Shown: positions 26,830-36,129 of the stretch, piece after piece
Layout: each line of letters opens with the position of its first letter
Position numbering within the stretch: position 1 is the stretch's first letter
Source: Planctomycetota bacterium
GTDB lineage: Bacteria > Planctomycetota > Planctomycetia > Pirellulales > PNKZ01
Length of the DNA stretch: 64,000 nt
Assembly: GCA_017303535.1 (NCBI GenBank)
Contig: JAFLCO010000001.1
Location: 7,446 to 71,445 of the forward strand
Direction: 5' to 3'
Notes under the pieces: model-generated
Seen by the model: the letters and a program-made list of their open reading frames with translations, nothing else
What the model was told of the DNA's origin: nothing
Databases searched by the model: none
Made by a program: the position numbers and the translations under genes

Positions 26830-26900
26830 TCGACGCCCAAGCGCGCAGCGGCGCATCACGTAGTTTCCCAAATCCGGACCACCGATTCCAATCACTTTTT

Positions 26901-27077
26901 GGCCGGCAATGTAACAGGCACACTCCGCGTGCCGTTGGCCGCGGACCCAAAAACGCCCGCACGAATCAAAGTACGACGGTGAACAGACGACGCGATCCGA
27001 GTAACTCACGGCGGCGAAGCAAATCCACGAGCGACGGCACACGGAGCGTGCCTGTGACATTGGCAAAGCGGCCGGCC
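26901..27077. repeat. Inverted pair of family E elements (GGCACRCTCCGYGTGCC hairpins)
   Basis: ggccggcaatgtaacaggcacactccgcgtgccg (26901-26934) versus cggcacacggagcgtgcctgtgacattggcaaagcggccggcc (27035-27077). These form a ~27-bp inverted repeat with ~3 mismatches. ccaaaaacgccc and cttgacgc words recur nearby. Confidence 0.65.
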
Positions 27078-27425
27078 AAAAACGCCCCTTGACGCCGCAA
27101 AAAATCCCCCGCCGGCCAAAACTTTTCTTGACGCGACGAACAATTCTTTTCACGCAGCAGCGAAGTTACGGCAACCTTTATCTTTCTCGCCGTCCTGTGA
27201 ACGCTCGAAAGCCTGCGAAGACCACCCATTCCACGCCGTAGACTACGGTCAATATGCCCCGCCTTATCCAGGAGTAAAGCCAGAGAACGGCTTCTAAAGC
27301 GAGTTCAAAAAGAAGTTCCGTCATTTGTTGCAACAAAATATGGGTTGGCAATAACTGGTGCAACAGAAAGCGCGGACTGTAGAATTTGAAGACTCGCACG
27401 CGCGAGCGGACGCTTGAACCGCAAA

Positions 27426-28841
27426 ATGAACAAAAGTCAGCGCACTTGTATGCCCATTGATGTCAGTCAAATTACCGACGCACAACTTGAACAGGTTTTC
27501 ACCTACAAGGAGGGGCATTTCTTTGATCTCAAAGCCAAGGAGATTAAGCCAGCCAAGCTTACTAAGACTATCTCTGGCTTTGCGAACGCTGACGGTGGGG
27601 AATTGTACATTGGAATTGCAGAGGGGCAGGCCGGTGCTCCGCATGACTGGAATGGGTTCGCCGACCCCGAGGATGCCAATGGCCATTTGCAGTGTTTTGA
27701 GGAACTGTTTCCGCTAGGTGGAGACTATTCCTATTGCTTCCTAACGCATCCAAAAGAAACCGGTTATGTGCTTCAAGTGATCGTCTCTAAGACGAAGGCA
27801 CCGGTAAAGGCAAGTGACGGCATCTGCTACCTCCGCCGTGGTGCACAAAGTTTGCCTCAGAACACAGAGGCAAAGCTGCGTCTATTAGAGCGCAATAAGG
27901 GGGTTACTTCGTTTGAGAATGAACCGGTTTCTACCGACTTGGACACGATCTGCAATTCGGCGACTACGATTGGGTTTATGCTTGACGTCGTTCCCACTTC
28001 TGAGCCGGAAGTTTGGCTGAAGAAACAGGAACTAATCAAAGACAGCAAGCCAACGGTTGCTGGCGTCGTATTGTTTGCTGATCTGCCGCAGGCAGTGCTT
28101 CCAAAGCGATGCGGCAATAAGGTCTACCGGTACAGGACAGCAGACAAGGAGGGGACGCGCGACACTCTTGTTGGATTGCCTCAAAGCGTCGAAGGTTCGG
28201 CGTATGACATCATCAAGGGAGCGGTCAGGCTGACCCAAGAAACCATAAATGGAATTCAGATACTTGGTGACGACGGTCTGGAGCCGGTTGCGTACCCAAC
28301 GGAGACACTTCACGAAGTCATTACTAATGCCGTTTTGCACCGCGATTACGGAAATGCAGATGATGTGCATGTTCGCATTTTCGATAACCGCGTTGAGGTG
28401 GAAAGCCCTGGGCGACTGCCTGCCCACATAACGCCGAAAAACATTCTTAAGGAGCGATTTGCACGAAATGGAAATATTGTTCGAGTGATTAACAAATTCC
28501 CAGACCCACCCAACAAGGACGTCGGGGAAGGCCTAAATACTGCGTTTGAGGCGATGCGAACTCTGAATCTGAAGCCGCCGATCATCGTCGAAACCGACAA
28601 TTCAGTCGTGGTGCAAATCAAGCACGAAAAGCTTGCGTCAGCTGAAGATGTGGTAATGGAATACTTGGATCAAAACCCGCTCATCACTAATCGTGTGGCA
28701 CGCGGGTTGACAGGAATTCATTCAGAAAACTCAATGAAGAATGTCTTTAACCGATTGCGCGACCGAGAGCTAATTGAGCAAGTTCCGGGACGATCTGGCT
28801 TTGCGTCGGCATGGCAAAAGGCAAGAAAGAAGAAGAAATAA
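27426..28841 (+). CDS. AlbA_2 (Schlafen-like, former divergent AAA_4) + HATPase_c_4 + C-terminal wHTH protein, on a low-GC segment
   Basis: The ORF is 27414(TTG)..28841, and the ATG options are 27426 and 27450. N-terminal FFDLKAKEIKPAKLTKTISGFANADGGELYIGI is the AlbA_2 core. EVITNAVLHRDYGNADDVHVRIFDNRVEVESPGRLP is the RecG-C-terminal/HATPase_c_4 type. The tail is Lys-rich. GC is far below that of the flanks. Confidence 0.8.
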   Translation: MNKSQRTCMPIDVSQITDAQLEQVFTYKEGHFFDLKAKEIKPAKLTKTISGFANADGGELYIGIAEGQAGAPHDWNGFADPEDANGHLQCFEELFPLGGDYSYCFLTHPKETGYVLQVIVSKTKAPVKASDGICYLRRGAQSLPQNTEAKLRLLERNKGVTSFENEPVSTDLDTICNSATTIGFMLDVVPTSEPEVWLKKQELIKDSKPTVAGVVLFADLPQAVLPKRCGNKVYRYRTADKEGTRDTLVGLPQSVEGSAYDIIKGAVRLTQETINGIQILGDDGLEPVAYPTETLHEVITNAVLHRDYGNADDVHVRIFDNRVEVESPGRLPAHITPKNILKERFARNGNIVRVINKFPDPPNKDVGEGLNTAFEAMRTLNLKPPIIVETDNSVVVQIKHEKLASAEDVVMEYLDQNPLITNRVARGLTGIHSENSMKNVFNRLRDRELIEQVPGRSGFASAWQKARKKKK

Positions 28842-29189
28842 CCGTCGGAAGCGGACGAGTCGAATGCCGCCGGACCAACCGCTCCCTTTGCTGGCTTGTA
28901 AGTTGAGTTCGCCGCCAAGAAGCGGACCCCATTCCGTGGGCTAGTCTACTAGCCCCAACGAGCCTGACCACGCGGGCGCTCTCGCGTTCAGCAACGCGCT
29001 CTGCGGTATCCTTGCGAATTCCGGCCCCTTCCCGTACTTTTTAGGGTTCGTTCTTGGCGAACTTTCATCGTCTGGGCGACGTCTGTTGTCGTGTCCCCTT
29101 GCTGGCGCGGCGGGGCTAGTCTTTGAGTTCCGCGCGTCGCTCTCGATCCGTCACAATCTACAACCTCTTTCCGTCTCACGCACATCGCT

Positions 29190-30422
29190 ATGGCCGATCC
29201 TTATTTTCAGTCGCGTTTTGCCGATCGCATTGGGGGCCCTAACTACGGTAAGGGGACCGAGATCTATAAGTTTGAGAAGATCAAGCGGGCCAAGCGCAAG
29301 GCGCTGGCCGATCATCCCGAGCGGTCGCTTGTCGACTTCGGCATCGGCGAGAACGACGAGATGGCGCCGGAAGGGGTGCGGCGCGTGTTGACGGAAGAAG
29401 CCAACAAGCCGGAGAACCGGGGCTACGCCGACAACGGCATCGCGGCCTATAAGGAAGCCGCGGCTCGCTTCATGCAGCGGCAGTTCGGCGTAGCGCTCGA
29501 TCCCGTCAAGGAAATCAATCACTGCATCGGCACCAAGACGGCCCTGGCCATGCTGCCGGCGGCGTTCATCAACCCGGGCGACGTCACGCTGATGACCGTG
29601 CCGGGCTATCCGGTTGCCGGCACGCACACGAAGTACTACGGCGGCGAAGTCCACCGGCTGCCGCTCTTGGCGAAGAACAACTTCTTCCCGGACCTCGACA
29701 ACATTCCGGCCGACGTTCTGCGCCGCACGAAGCTGCTCGTGCTTTGCTACCCGAACAGCCCGACCGGTAAGACGGCCACCGTCGACTTCTACAAGCGGGC
29801 CATTGATTTCGCGCAGAAGAACAACGTGGTGATCGTGCAAGACGCGGCCCACGCGCTGCTCTCGTACGATCAAGAGCCGACGAGCTTCCTGCAGGTGCCG
29901 GGCGCGAAGGAAGTCGGCGTCGAGGTGCACTCGATGTCGAAGGGGTTCCACATGATCGGATGGCGGATGGGCTTCGTCGCCGGTCATCCGCTGATCGTGC
30001 AGGCCTTCGCCGACGTGAAAGACAACAGCGACTCGGGCCAGTTCATGGCCGTGCAAAAAGCGGCGGCCGCGGCGCTGGACGACGCGAGCATTCCGAAGAT
30101 CGTTCGTGACAAGTATCGTCGCCGCTTAAAGAAGCTGGTCGACGTGCTCAAGCGGTGCGGCTTCGAGTGTGAGATGCCGGGCGGAACGTACTTCCTCTAC
30201 ACGCCCGCGCCGAAGGGCTTAGCCGACGGAACGAAGTTTGAAACCGGCGAAGCGGCGAGCCAGTACCTGATCACGCAGCACTCGATCGTGACGGTGCCGT
30301 GGGACGACGCCGGCCCGCACTTGCGGTTCTCGGTGACGTACGAAGCGGCCGACGAAGCCGCGGAAGACTCGCTAATGCGCACCACGGAAGAACGGCTGAA
30401 GAAGATCCAGCCGGTGTTTTGA
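29190..30422 (+). CDS. dapL: LL-diaminopimelate aminotransferase
   Basis: 410 aa. A class I/II aminotransferase with the DapL-type N-terminus MADPYFQSRFADRIGGPNYGKGTEIYKFEKIKRAKR, NPGDVTLMTVPGYP and SMSKGFHMIGWRMG (PLP lysine). Confidence 0.88.
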   Translation: MADPYFQSRFADRIGGPNYGKGTEIYKFEKIKRAKRKALADHPERSLVDFGIGENDEMAPEGVRRVLTEEANKPENRGYADNGIAAYKEAAARFMQRQFGVALDPVKEINHCIGTKTALAMLPAAFINPGDVTLMTVPGYPVAGTHTKYYGGEVHRLPLLAKNNFFPDLDNIPADVLRRTKLLVLCYPNSPTGKTATVDFYKRAIDFAQKNNVVIVQDAAHALLSYDQEPTSFLQVPGAKEVGVEVHSMSKGFHMIGWRMGFVAGHPLIVQAFADVKDNSDSGQFMAVQKAAAAALDDASIPKIVRDKYRRRLKKLVDVLKRCGFECEMPGGTYFLYTPAPKGLADGTKFETGEAASQYLITQHSIVTVPWDDAGPHLRFSVTYEAADEAAEDSLMRTTEERLKKIQPVF

Positions 30423-30454
30423 GCAGGTGCCAGTAGGCAGGAGCCAGGAGTCAG
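30420..30454. repeat. Heptamer-periodic CAG tract (5 units) starting in the dapL stop codon
   Basis: TGAGCAG GTGCCAG TAGGCAG GAGCCAG GAGTCAG. This aligns unit-for-unit with the tract after the cpaB stop. Confidence 0.7.
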
Positions 30455-30610
30455 GTGGGACGGAACTAAGTTCCGCGTCGACTAAGCTGCCTTCGTCATT
30501 CGGGCTTCTGCATTCGTCAATTGCCTTCGCCGGCTCTGCGCCGAGAAGAGGTCACGGGGATGAACCTCTTCTCGGCGTCTCACCGGACGACGTCCGATTA
30601 GCCGCGGGGC

Positions 30611-30985
30611 TTAGTAGCCCTTAGGGCCGTGGTGGCCGCCGCCGTGGTCGCCTTCGACGACCGGGCCGCCGCCCGAGCAGATGCGGACGCACTTCGAGTT
30701 GCCCCAGTCGCCGTTCGACCAGGCGTTGTCGCAGAAGTCGGCCGCGTCGTTAAATGCGCCGCCGCCCGAGAGGGCATGGTGGCCGGTCACGCCGCTGTAG
30801 CTGTACGATTGATTCACGTTGGCCAGGGCCTGGGCGACGTCGGCAAGTTCGGTAACGACCGAATCACGCACGGCGGCCAAACCGACGATGACGCCGATTA
30901 CGAGGATCGAGGCGATCAACATTACTTCCGCCGACACGATGGCACCGGCTTCTTCCGTCCACAAACGTTCGAACAAGACCTTCAT
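30611..30985 (-). CDS. Divergent Flp-like prepilin, paralogue of 12209..12538
   Basis: ATG at 30985: MKVLFERLWTEEAGAIVSAEVMLIASILVIGVIVGLAAVRDSVVTELADVAQALANVNQSYSYSG... It shares the leader, helix and DFCDN...SKCV tail with the other copy. 124 aa. Confidence 0.55.
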   Translation of the reverse strand: MKVLFERLWTEEAGAIVSAEVMLIASILVIGVIVGLAAVRDSVVTELADVAQALANVNQSYSYSGVTGHHALSGGGAFNDAADFCDNAWSNGDWGNSKCVRICSGGGPVVEGDHGGGHHGPKGY

Positions 30986-31596
30986 AATGCAAACTCCGGG
31001 GAGAGAGAGGACGCGGGTGAGGCGTCTGGCTTGCGACCGGCGACAAGTGTGAGAGCGTTGCCGGCCCTGCGACCGCGGTTGGGTCGAGCACCTAAGTTGC
31101 AAAGTAGTTACGACCGGTGCGACTCAGGCGCGTGAATCAAGCGACGCCGGAGCGGTTTTGCTCGGGTTTTTTCGTGGCTGCGCCGCGAGATCGGCGCGAC
31201 CGTCAAAGTCGGAATTCCGAACTTGCCGAAGCTGTCGATTTCTCCGAATTCGCGGATCGCGCGGCGCGTGGAATTTGGGGAACATTGCGTGATGCCCGTA
31301 TGCTGCGGAGCGTTGCGATCGGCAAGTCCGTTCAATAGCCCCGGGTGGATACCCGGGGCACCGCAGGTATGCTCCTGCGGCTCGGTGGAGATCGTCATAA
31401 GTGGCGAATTTTCGCTGACTTACGTCGCGCAAAACCTGCGGGTTTTACCCCCTTTGTGTTTTGCATCAAGAACAAATAATCGATGTCGGACGCGCATCAG
31501 ATAGGTGCAGGTCCGAGGAATACCGAGCGGGGCAGCGATCGGCGTCGAGTTGCCGGTCGTCGCCGGCTGACGCGGACAGGCGATTTTTCGAGACAG

Positions 31597-32247
31597 ATGA
31601 AGATGAATAGCAGCAATAGCAACCCCTTCGCGGGCAAAGTTCGAGCGAGCGATGAGCTGCTCTGGACGGCGTATCAATACTCCGTAGGCGAGCTGGATGA
31701 TTCGGCCGCGGCGGCGTTTGAAGAGCGCATGGCGAGCGATCCGTCGGCTTGTGAAGCTTTGGCCGAGGCGGTGGCACTGGGCGAAGTGGTCCGCGTATCG
31801 TTTGAGCAGAGTTCTTTCGAACGGGGCTCTTTCGAACGGGCCGCACCGATCGAGCCGGCGAAACGCCCGCTGGTCGCCGCTTCCGCATCGCGATCGACGA
31901 TCGGCTGGTGGGCGATCGTGACGGCCGCGAGCGTCGCGCTCGTCGTCGCTTGGCAAACCTGGCGCAAGCCGGCCGACGCGCCGACCGGCGAAGTCGCCGC
32001 GGCGCAGCGTCTTGAAGGTTTGGCGGAAGCCGACTCGCAACTCTTGGCGGCGTTGGGCCCCGAGCACCGTTGGGACGCCGTGTCGCCGCTGGTGGATGAA
32101 CTCGTCGCCGCGGACGAAGTGCTTGACGAAGTCGCCGTCATCGAAAGCGGTGACGAGGACGAAGTCGCCGCCGACCCGATGGACCTTGCAGCACCGGATT
32201 GGCTGCTGGCCGCGGTGGCCGAGTCGTCGTCGGACGCCACGGAATAA
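31597..32247 (+). CDS. Hypothetical protein with anti-sigma-factor-like N-terminus and one TM segment
   Basis: ATG 31597. LLWTAYQYSVGELDDSAAAAFEERMASDPSACEALAEAVALGEVV resembles anti-sigma N-terminal helices. The TM segment is WWAIVTAASVALVVAW, and the C-terminus is acidic. No sigma-factor gene is adjacent. Confidence 0.45.
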   Translation: MKMNSSNSNPFAGKVRASDELLWTAYQYSVGELDDSAAAAFEERMASDPSACEALAEAVALGEVVRVSFEQSSFERGSFERAAPIEPAKRPLVAASASRSTIGWWAIVTAASVALVVAWQTWRKPADAPTGEVAAAQRLEGLAEADSQLLAALGPEHRWDAVSPLVDELVAADEVLDEVAVIESGDEDEVAADPMDLAAPDWLLAAVAESSSDATE

Positions 32248-32255
32248 CGCCGAGC

Positions 32256-33056
32256 ATGTCGCACCATCTCAAGAATTTGATTCTGCAGCACTCCGGCTTC
32301 CTTCGTTTCGCGACGGCGCTGGCTGTCGTGGTCGGTTGCATTTCGTTGACTCGCTTGACGGCCGACGAAGGGATCGTCCCCGTCAAAGCGACGACCTCCG
32401 GCACGGCCGCGGCTCTGAAGGCCGACGGCTCGAAGTCGAGCAAAGGTCCCAAAGGCCCGCAGGCTTCCAAAGCGTTGCAAGGTTTCACGCCGGAGCGCGA
32501 AGCGGCGGCGCTGACGTTTGTGCGGGCCCATCATCCGGAACTTGCCGAGCTTCTCGACCGGCTCAAGACGCGCCGCCCGCAAGAGTATCAAAAGGCGGTG
32601 CGCGAACTCTTCCGCGCCAGCGAGCGCTTGGCCCAAAGCCAGGAGATGCAGCCGCTGCGCTATGAAATGGAACTCAACGAGTGGAAACTGCAATCGCGCA
32701 TTCAGTTGCTCGTGGCCCGCATGTCGATGGGGCGGACGCCGGAACAGGAGGCCGAGTTGCGGCAGTTGCTGGCCGAGCAATTGGCCGTCCATCGAGAACT
32801 GGTGAAGTTCACGCACGAACGAACCGCCGCCCGGGCCGCCGCGTTGCAAAAAGAGCTGGATGAATTGGATGCCGACCGCGAGCAGTTGGTCGAACGCCGC
32901 TACCAGGAAGCTTTGAAAACCGCCGGCCGACCGAAGCCCGCCGGGAAAGCGACGCCTTCGAAGAACGGTGCCGCGAAACCTTCGCCCGGCAAATCCGGTG
33001 ACGGTAAATCCGGCGACGGCAAGCCGGCGGAAAAGAAACCAAGTGAAAGCCCGTAA
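32256..33056 (+). CDS. Secreted coiled-coil protein (hypothetical)
   Basis: ATG 32256, 9 nt after the upstream stop. Signal-like LRFATALAVVVGCISL, long heptad-like helices, and a Lys/Pro/Gly-rich tail. Confidence 0.5.
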   Translation: MSHHLKNLILQHSGFLRFATALAVVVGCISLTRLTADEGIVPVKATTSGTAAALKADGSKSSKGPKGPQASKALQGFTPEREAAALTFVRAHHPELAELLDRLKTRRPQEYQKAVRELFRASERLAQSQEMQPLRYEMELNEWKLQSRIQLLVARMSMGRTPEQEAELRQLLAEQLAVHRELVKFTHERTAARAAALQKELDELDADREQLVERRYQEALKTAGRPKPAGKATPSKNGAAKPSPGKSGDGKSGDGKPAEKKPSESP

Positions 33057-33242
33057 CCAAGCCTGAGAAGTCGTCAACTTGTTCTATTGAGCAGCGTCGC
33101 TGTTCAAACGCCTGGATTGCCGTCCGATCGTTCCCCCGTCCGTTTCGTTTGCCGCCCGCACACACAATCCACGCCTGCCTGATTTCGGCTTAATTGCTTT
33201 GCCATCGCAAGTGAATTGAGTCATTTACGGAGAGTCGTAAGT

Positions 33243-35990
33243 ATGCGTCGCACCCATTTCGCACTCGTCGCCGCTTGCTGTCTGGCGCCGTCACTCGCTT
33301 TTGGCGCCGCGATTGAAAAGTCGTCGGACGTGCCGGCCAAGGTTCTGCCGCCGGCCAGTATCCGTTTCGAATCGCCGGACGTGAAGGAAGTGCCGAGCTT
33401 GCAACGGCACGTGCTGCCGCTGATGGGCCGGCTCGGTTGCAGCGGTCGGGCCTGCCACGGCTCGTTCCAAGGGCAAGGGGGCTTCCGCCTCTCGCTCTTC
33501 GGCTACGACTTCAAGACCGATTTCGAAGCGATCGTTAAGAGTGAAACGCCGCGGGTCGACGTCAAGAAGCCGGCCGAGAGCATGATCCTCGCCAAGACGT
33601 CGAGTGACGTCGAAGACGAGCACGGCGGCGGCAAGCGGATGGAAAAGAACAGTTGGCAATACCGGCTGATCTCGAAGTGGATCGAAGCCGGTGCGCCGGC
33701 CGTTGATGAAGCGAAAGATCCGACCTTCGTGAAGATGGAAGTCCGGCCGACGGAAATCGAATACGTGAAGCCGGGCGAGACGACGCAATTGCATGTCGTC
33801 GCTCACTGGTCCGACGGCACGATCGAAGACGTCACGCCGCTGTGCCGTTTTCAAACGAACGACGACGCCGTCGCGAAAGTCGACGTCAATGGCGTGATCA
33901 CGTGCGTCGGCAAGGGCGACACGCACGTCGTCGCCTTCTACGACAACGGCGTGGTGCCCGTGGCCGTGATGCTGCCCGTCAGCGATCAGGTCGGTCCGAA
34001 ATATCCGAACATCCCGGCCAAGACGAAGGTCGACGAACTGGTGCTGACGAAGCTGAAGAAGATCGGCGTCGTGGCGTCGGACGTTTGCACGGACGAAGAA
34101 TTCTTGCGTCGGGCCAGCTTAGACGTGACGGGCGTCCTGCCGACGGCCGACGAAGTGCGGGCGTTCCTCGCCGATAAGTCGCCGAACAAACGAGCCGCGA
34201 AGGTCGACGAACTTCTCAGCCGCCCCGCCTACGCCGCTTGGTGGACCACGAAGCTCAGCGACATCTTGGGCAACAGCGAGAACCAACTTCGCAACAGCGC
34301 TCCGGCCAAAGCCGGCACGCACTGGTACGAATGGCTGCACCGCCGCGTGGCCGACAACGTCCACTACGACGATATTGTCGAAGGCATCGTCCTGGCCGTA
34401 AGCCGAACCTCGCCGGACCAAGACTACCTGGAATACTGCCAGGAAATGACGTCGTACGTTCGCGACGACAAGCCGGCCGACTTCACGGCCCGCGAGACGA
34501 TGCCGTATTACTGGATGCGTCGTAACATGCGGACGTCGAACGAGAAGGCGCTGTCGTTTAGCTACGCGTTCCTCGGCGTGCGGTTGCAATGCGCGGAATG
34601 CCATAAGCACCCGTTCGACCAGTGGAGCCAGTACGACTTCCAACACTTCACGGCGTTCTTTGATCGCATCACCAGCGGAACCGGCGATCGCGAAATCGCC
34701 AAAGAGCTGATCGCGAAGGCGGGCGTGGAGACCGATCCGAAGAAGGTCGGCGGCGCGAAGATTCGGGCCGACCTCGATCGCGTGGCTCGCTCCGGCGGCG
34801 TGGTGCCGTTCTCCGAGTTGTACGTTCGGGCTCCGAAGGCGGCGCCGAAGGGGAAAAAGGATAAAAGCAAAGTCGCGGCGGCCGGTCGCGTGCTGACGCC
34901 GAAGGTTCTGGGCGGCGACGAGATCGTCGACCAAAACTACGACGATCCCCGTGAGCCGCTGATGGACTGGCTACGTCAGAAGGACAACCCGTACTTCGCG
35001 CGGGCCTTCGTCAACCGCGTGTGGGCGCACTACTTCAACGTGGGCATCGTCGAGCCCGCCGACGACATGAACCTTGCCAACGCCCCGAGCAATCGCGAAT
35101 TGCTCGACTACTTGGCGGCTCAGTTCGTCGAGCACGACTACGACATCAAGTGGCTGATGCGCGAGATCGTCAATTCGGATACGTACCAACGTTCGTGGCT
35201 GACCAACAGCACGAACGAGTTTGATCTGCGTAACTTTAGCCATGCGGTGCCGCGGCGCCTGCCGGCGGAAGTGGTGTACGACGCCGTCGTGAGCGCGACG
35301 GCCGGCCAAAGCGAACTGGCCCGTCGTGCGCAAGACCCGGTGACGAACTGCGCAATCGGCATGAGCCTGAGCTATACGAACCGGAACAACATCAATAACT
35401 ACGCCCTGACCGTGTTCGGCAAGCCGAAGCGGGAGACGCCGTGCGATTGCGAGCGGTCGAACGAACCGTCGCTGTTGCAAACTGTCTACCTCCGCAACGA
35501 CCAGGAAATGTTCCGCATGATCGAGCGTCCCAACGGTTGGCTCGACGCCGTGACCGCCGACCTGCCGGGCACGCAAAAGAAGTCATCGGACCCTGCCGCC
35601 GAACTCCGCAACAAGGAGCGCGAGTTGGCCCGCATGAAGGAACGCCTCAAGGAAGAAACCGCGAAGGCGAAGAAGAACAAAGGCAAGGTTACTGCCAACG
35701 AAGCTCAGCGGTTGCTCGCGATGAAGGATCGGGCCAAGGAAAAGATGGCGGAACTCGAAGCGGAGATCGCGGCTCTGCAAAGCGCCGGTGACCAAGGGAA
35801 GCAGGCCAAGCCGCAGTCGACGGCCGAACTGATCAACGAAGCCTACTTGCGGACGTTCACTCGTTATCCGACGAAGGACGAACTGGCGACGGCCGAGGAA
35901 TATATGAAGACGGCGGAGAACCCGGCCACCGGCATCCGCGATCTCGTCTGGGCTCTGCTCAACACGAAAGAGTTCGTGGTCAACCACTAG
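33243..35990 (+). CDS. DUF1549/DUF1553 (PSCyt2 / PSD1) domain protein
   Basis: ATG 33243 with RBS ggagag. Signal peptide, CSGRACHGSFQGQGGFRLSLFGYD (DUF1549-type), a central Big-like region, CAECHKHPFDQW (DUF1553-type), a C-terminal coiled coil and a ...LLNTKEFVVNH end. Confidence 0.85.
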   Translation: MRRTHFALVAACCLAPSLAFGAAIEKSSDVPAKVLPPASIRFESPDVKEVPSLQRHVLPLMGRLGCSGRACHGSFQGQGGFRLSLFGYDFKTDFEAIVKSETPRVDVKKPAESMILAKTSSDVEDEHGGGKRMEKNSWQYRLISKWIEAGAPAVDEAKDPTFVKMEVRPTEIEYVKPGETTQLHVVAHWSDGTIEDVTPLCRFQTNDDAVAKVDVNGVITCVGKGDTHVVAFYDNGVVPVAVMLPVSDQVGPKYPNIPAKTKVDELVLTKLKKIGVVASDVCTDEEFLRRASLDVTGVLPTADEVRAFLADKSPNKRAAKVDELLSRPAYAAWWTTKLSDILGNSENQLRNSAPAKAGTHWYEWLHRRVADNVHYDDIVEGIVLAVSRTSPDQDYLEYCQEMTSYVRDDKPADFTARETMPYYWMRRNMRTSNEKALSFSYAFLGVRLQCAECHKHPFDQWSQYDFQHFTAFFDRITSGTGDREIAKELIAKAGVETDPKKVGGAKIRADLDRVARSGGVVPFSELYVRAPKAAPKGKKDKSKVAAAGRVLTPKVLGGDEIVDQNYDDPREPLMDWLRQKDNPYFARAFVNRVWAHYFNVGIVEPADDMNLANAPSNRELLDYLAAQFVEHDYDIKWLMREIVNSDTYQRSWLTNSTNEFDLRNFSHAVPRRLPAEVVYDAVVSATAGQSELARRAQDPVTNCAIGMSLSYTNRNNINNYALTVFGKPKRETPCDCERSNEPSLLQTVYLRNDQEMFRMIERPNGWLDAVTADLPGTQKKSSDPAAELRNKERELARMKERLKEETAKAKKNKGKVTANEAQRLLAMKDRAKEKMAELEAEIAALQSAGDQGKQAKPQSTAELINEAYLRTFTRYPTKDELATAEEYMKTAENPATGIRDLVWALLNTKEFVVNH

Positions 35991-36000
35991 CCTATGAAAA

Positions 36001-36043
36001 CTCCCCTCGCCCCCTTGGGGGAGAGGGGCAGGGGGTGAGGGGG
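36001..36043. repeat. Family D G-rich hairpin repeat
   Basis: ctcccctcgcccccttgggggagaggggcagggggtgaggggg, just after the DUF1553 stop. Confidence 0.7.
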
Positions 36044-36129
36044 CCGATCATCTATCGCCTTCCCTAGCAAGAACCTATTCAAACTCATTCAACGCACGCA
36101 CACTCGCTCGTCAATAAGGAATCCGAACC

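Noticed and set aside
26030-27100. Possible CRISPR array in the repeat-dense region.
   Set aside because: The repeats belong to several different families, occur in mixed orientations, and are not separated by regular unique spacers of constant length. No cas genes are present.
28934-29125. GGGCTAGTCT decamer repeated 175 bp apart (28938 and 29113) downstream of the low-GC gene, considered as possible att-like direct repeats.
   Set aside because: Both copies lie on the same side of the island and do not bracket it. 10 bp is short, and no integrase or partner site was found on the left boundary.
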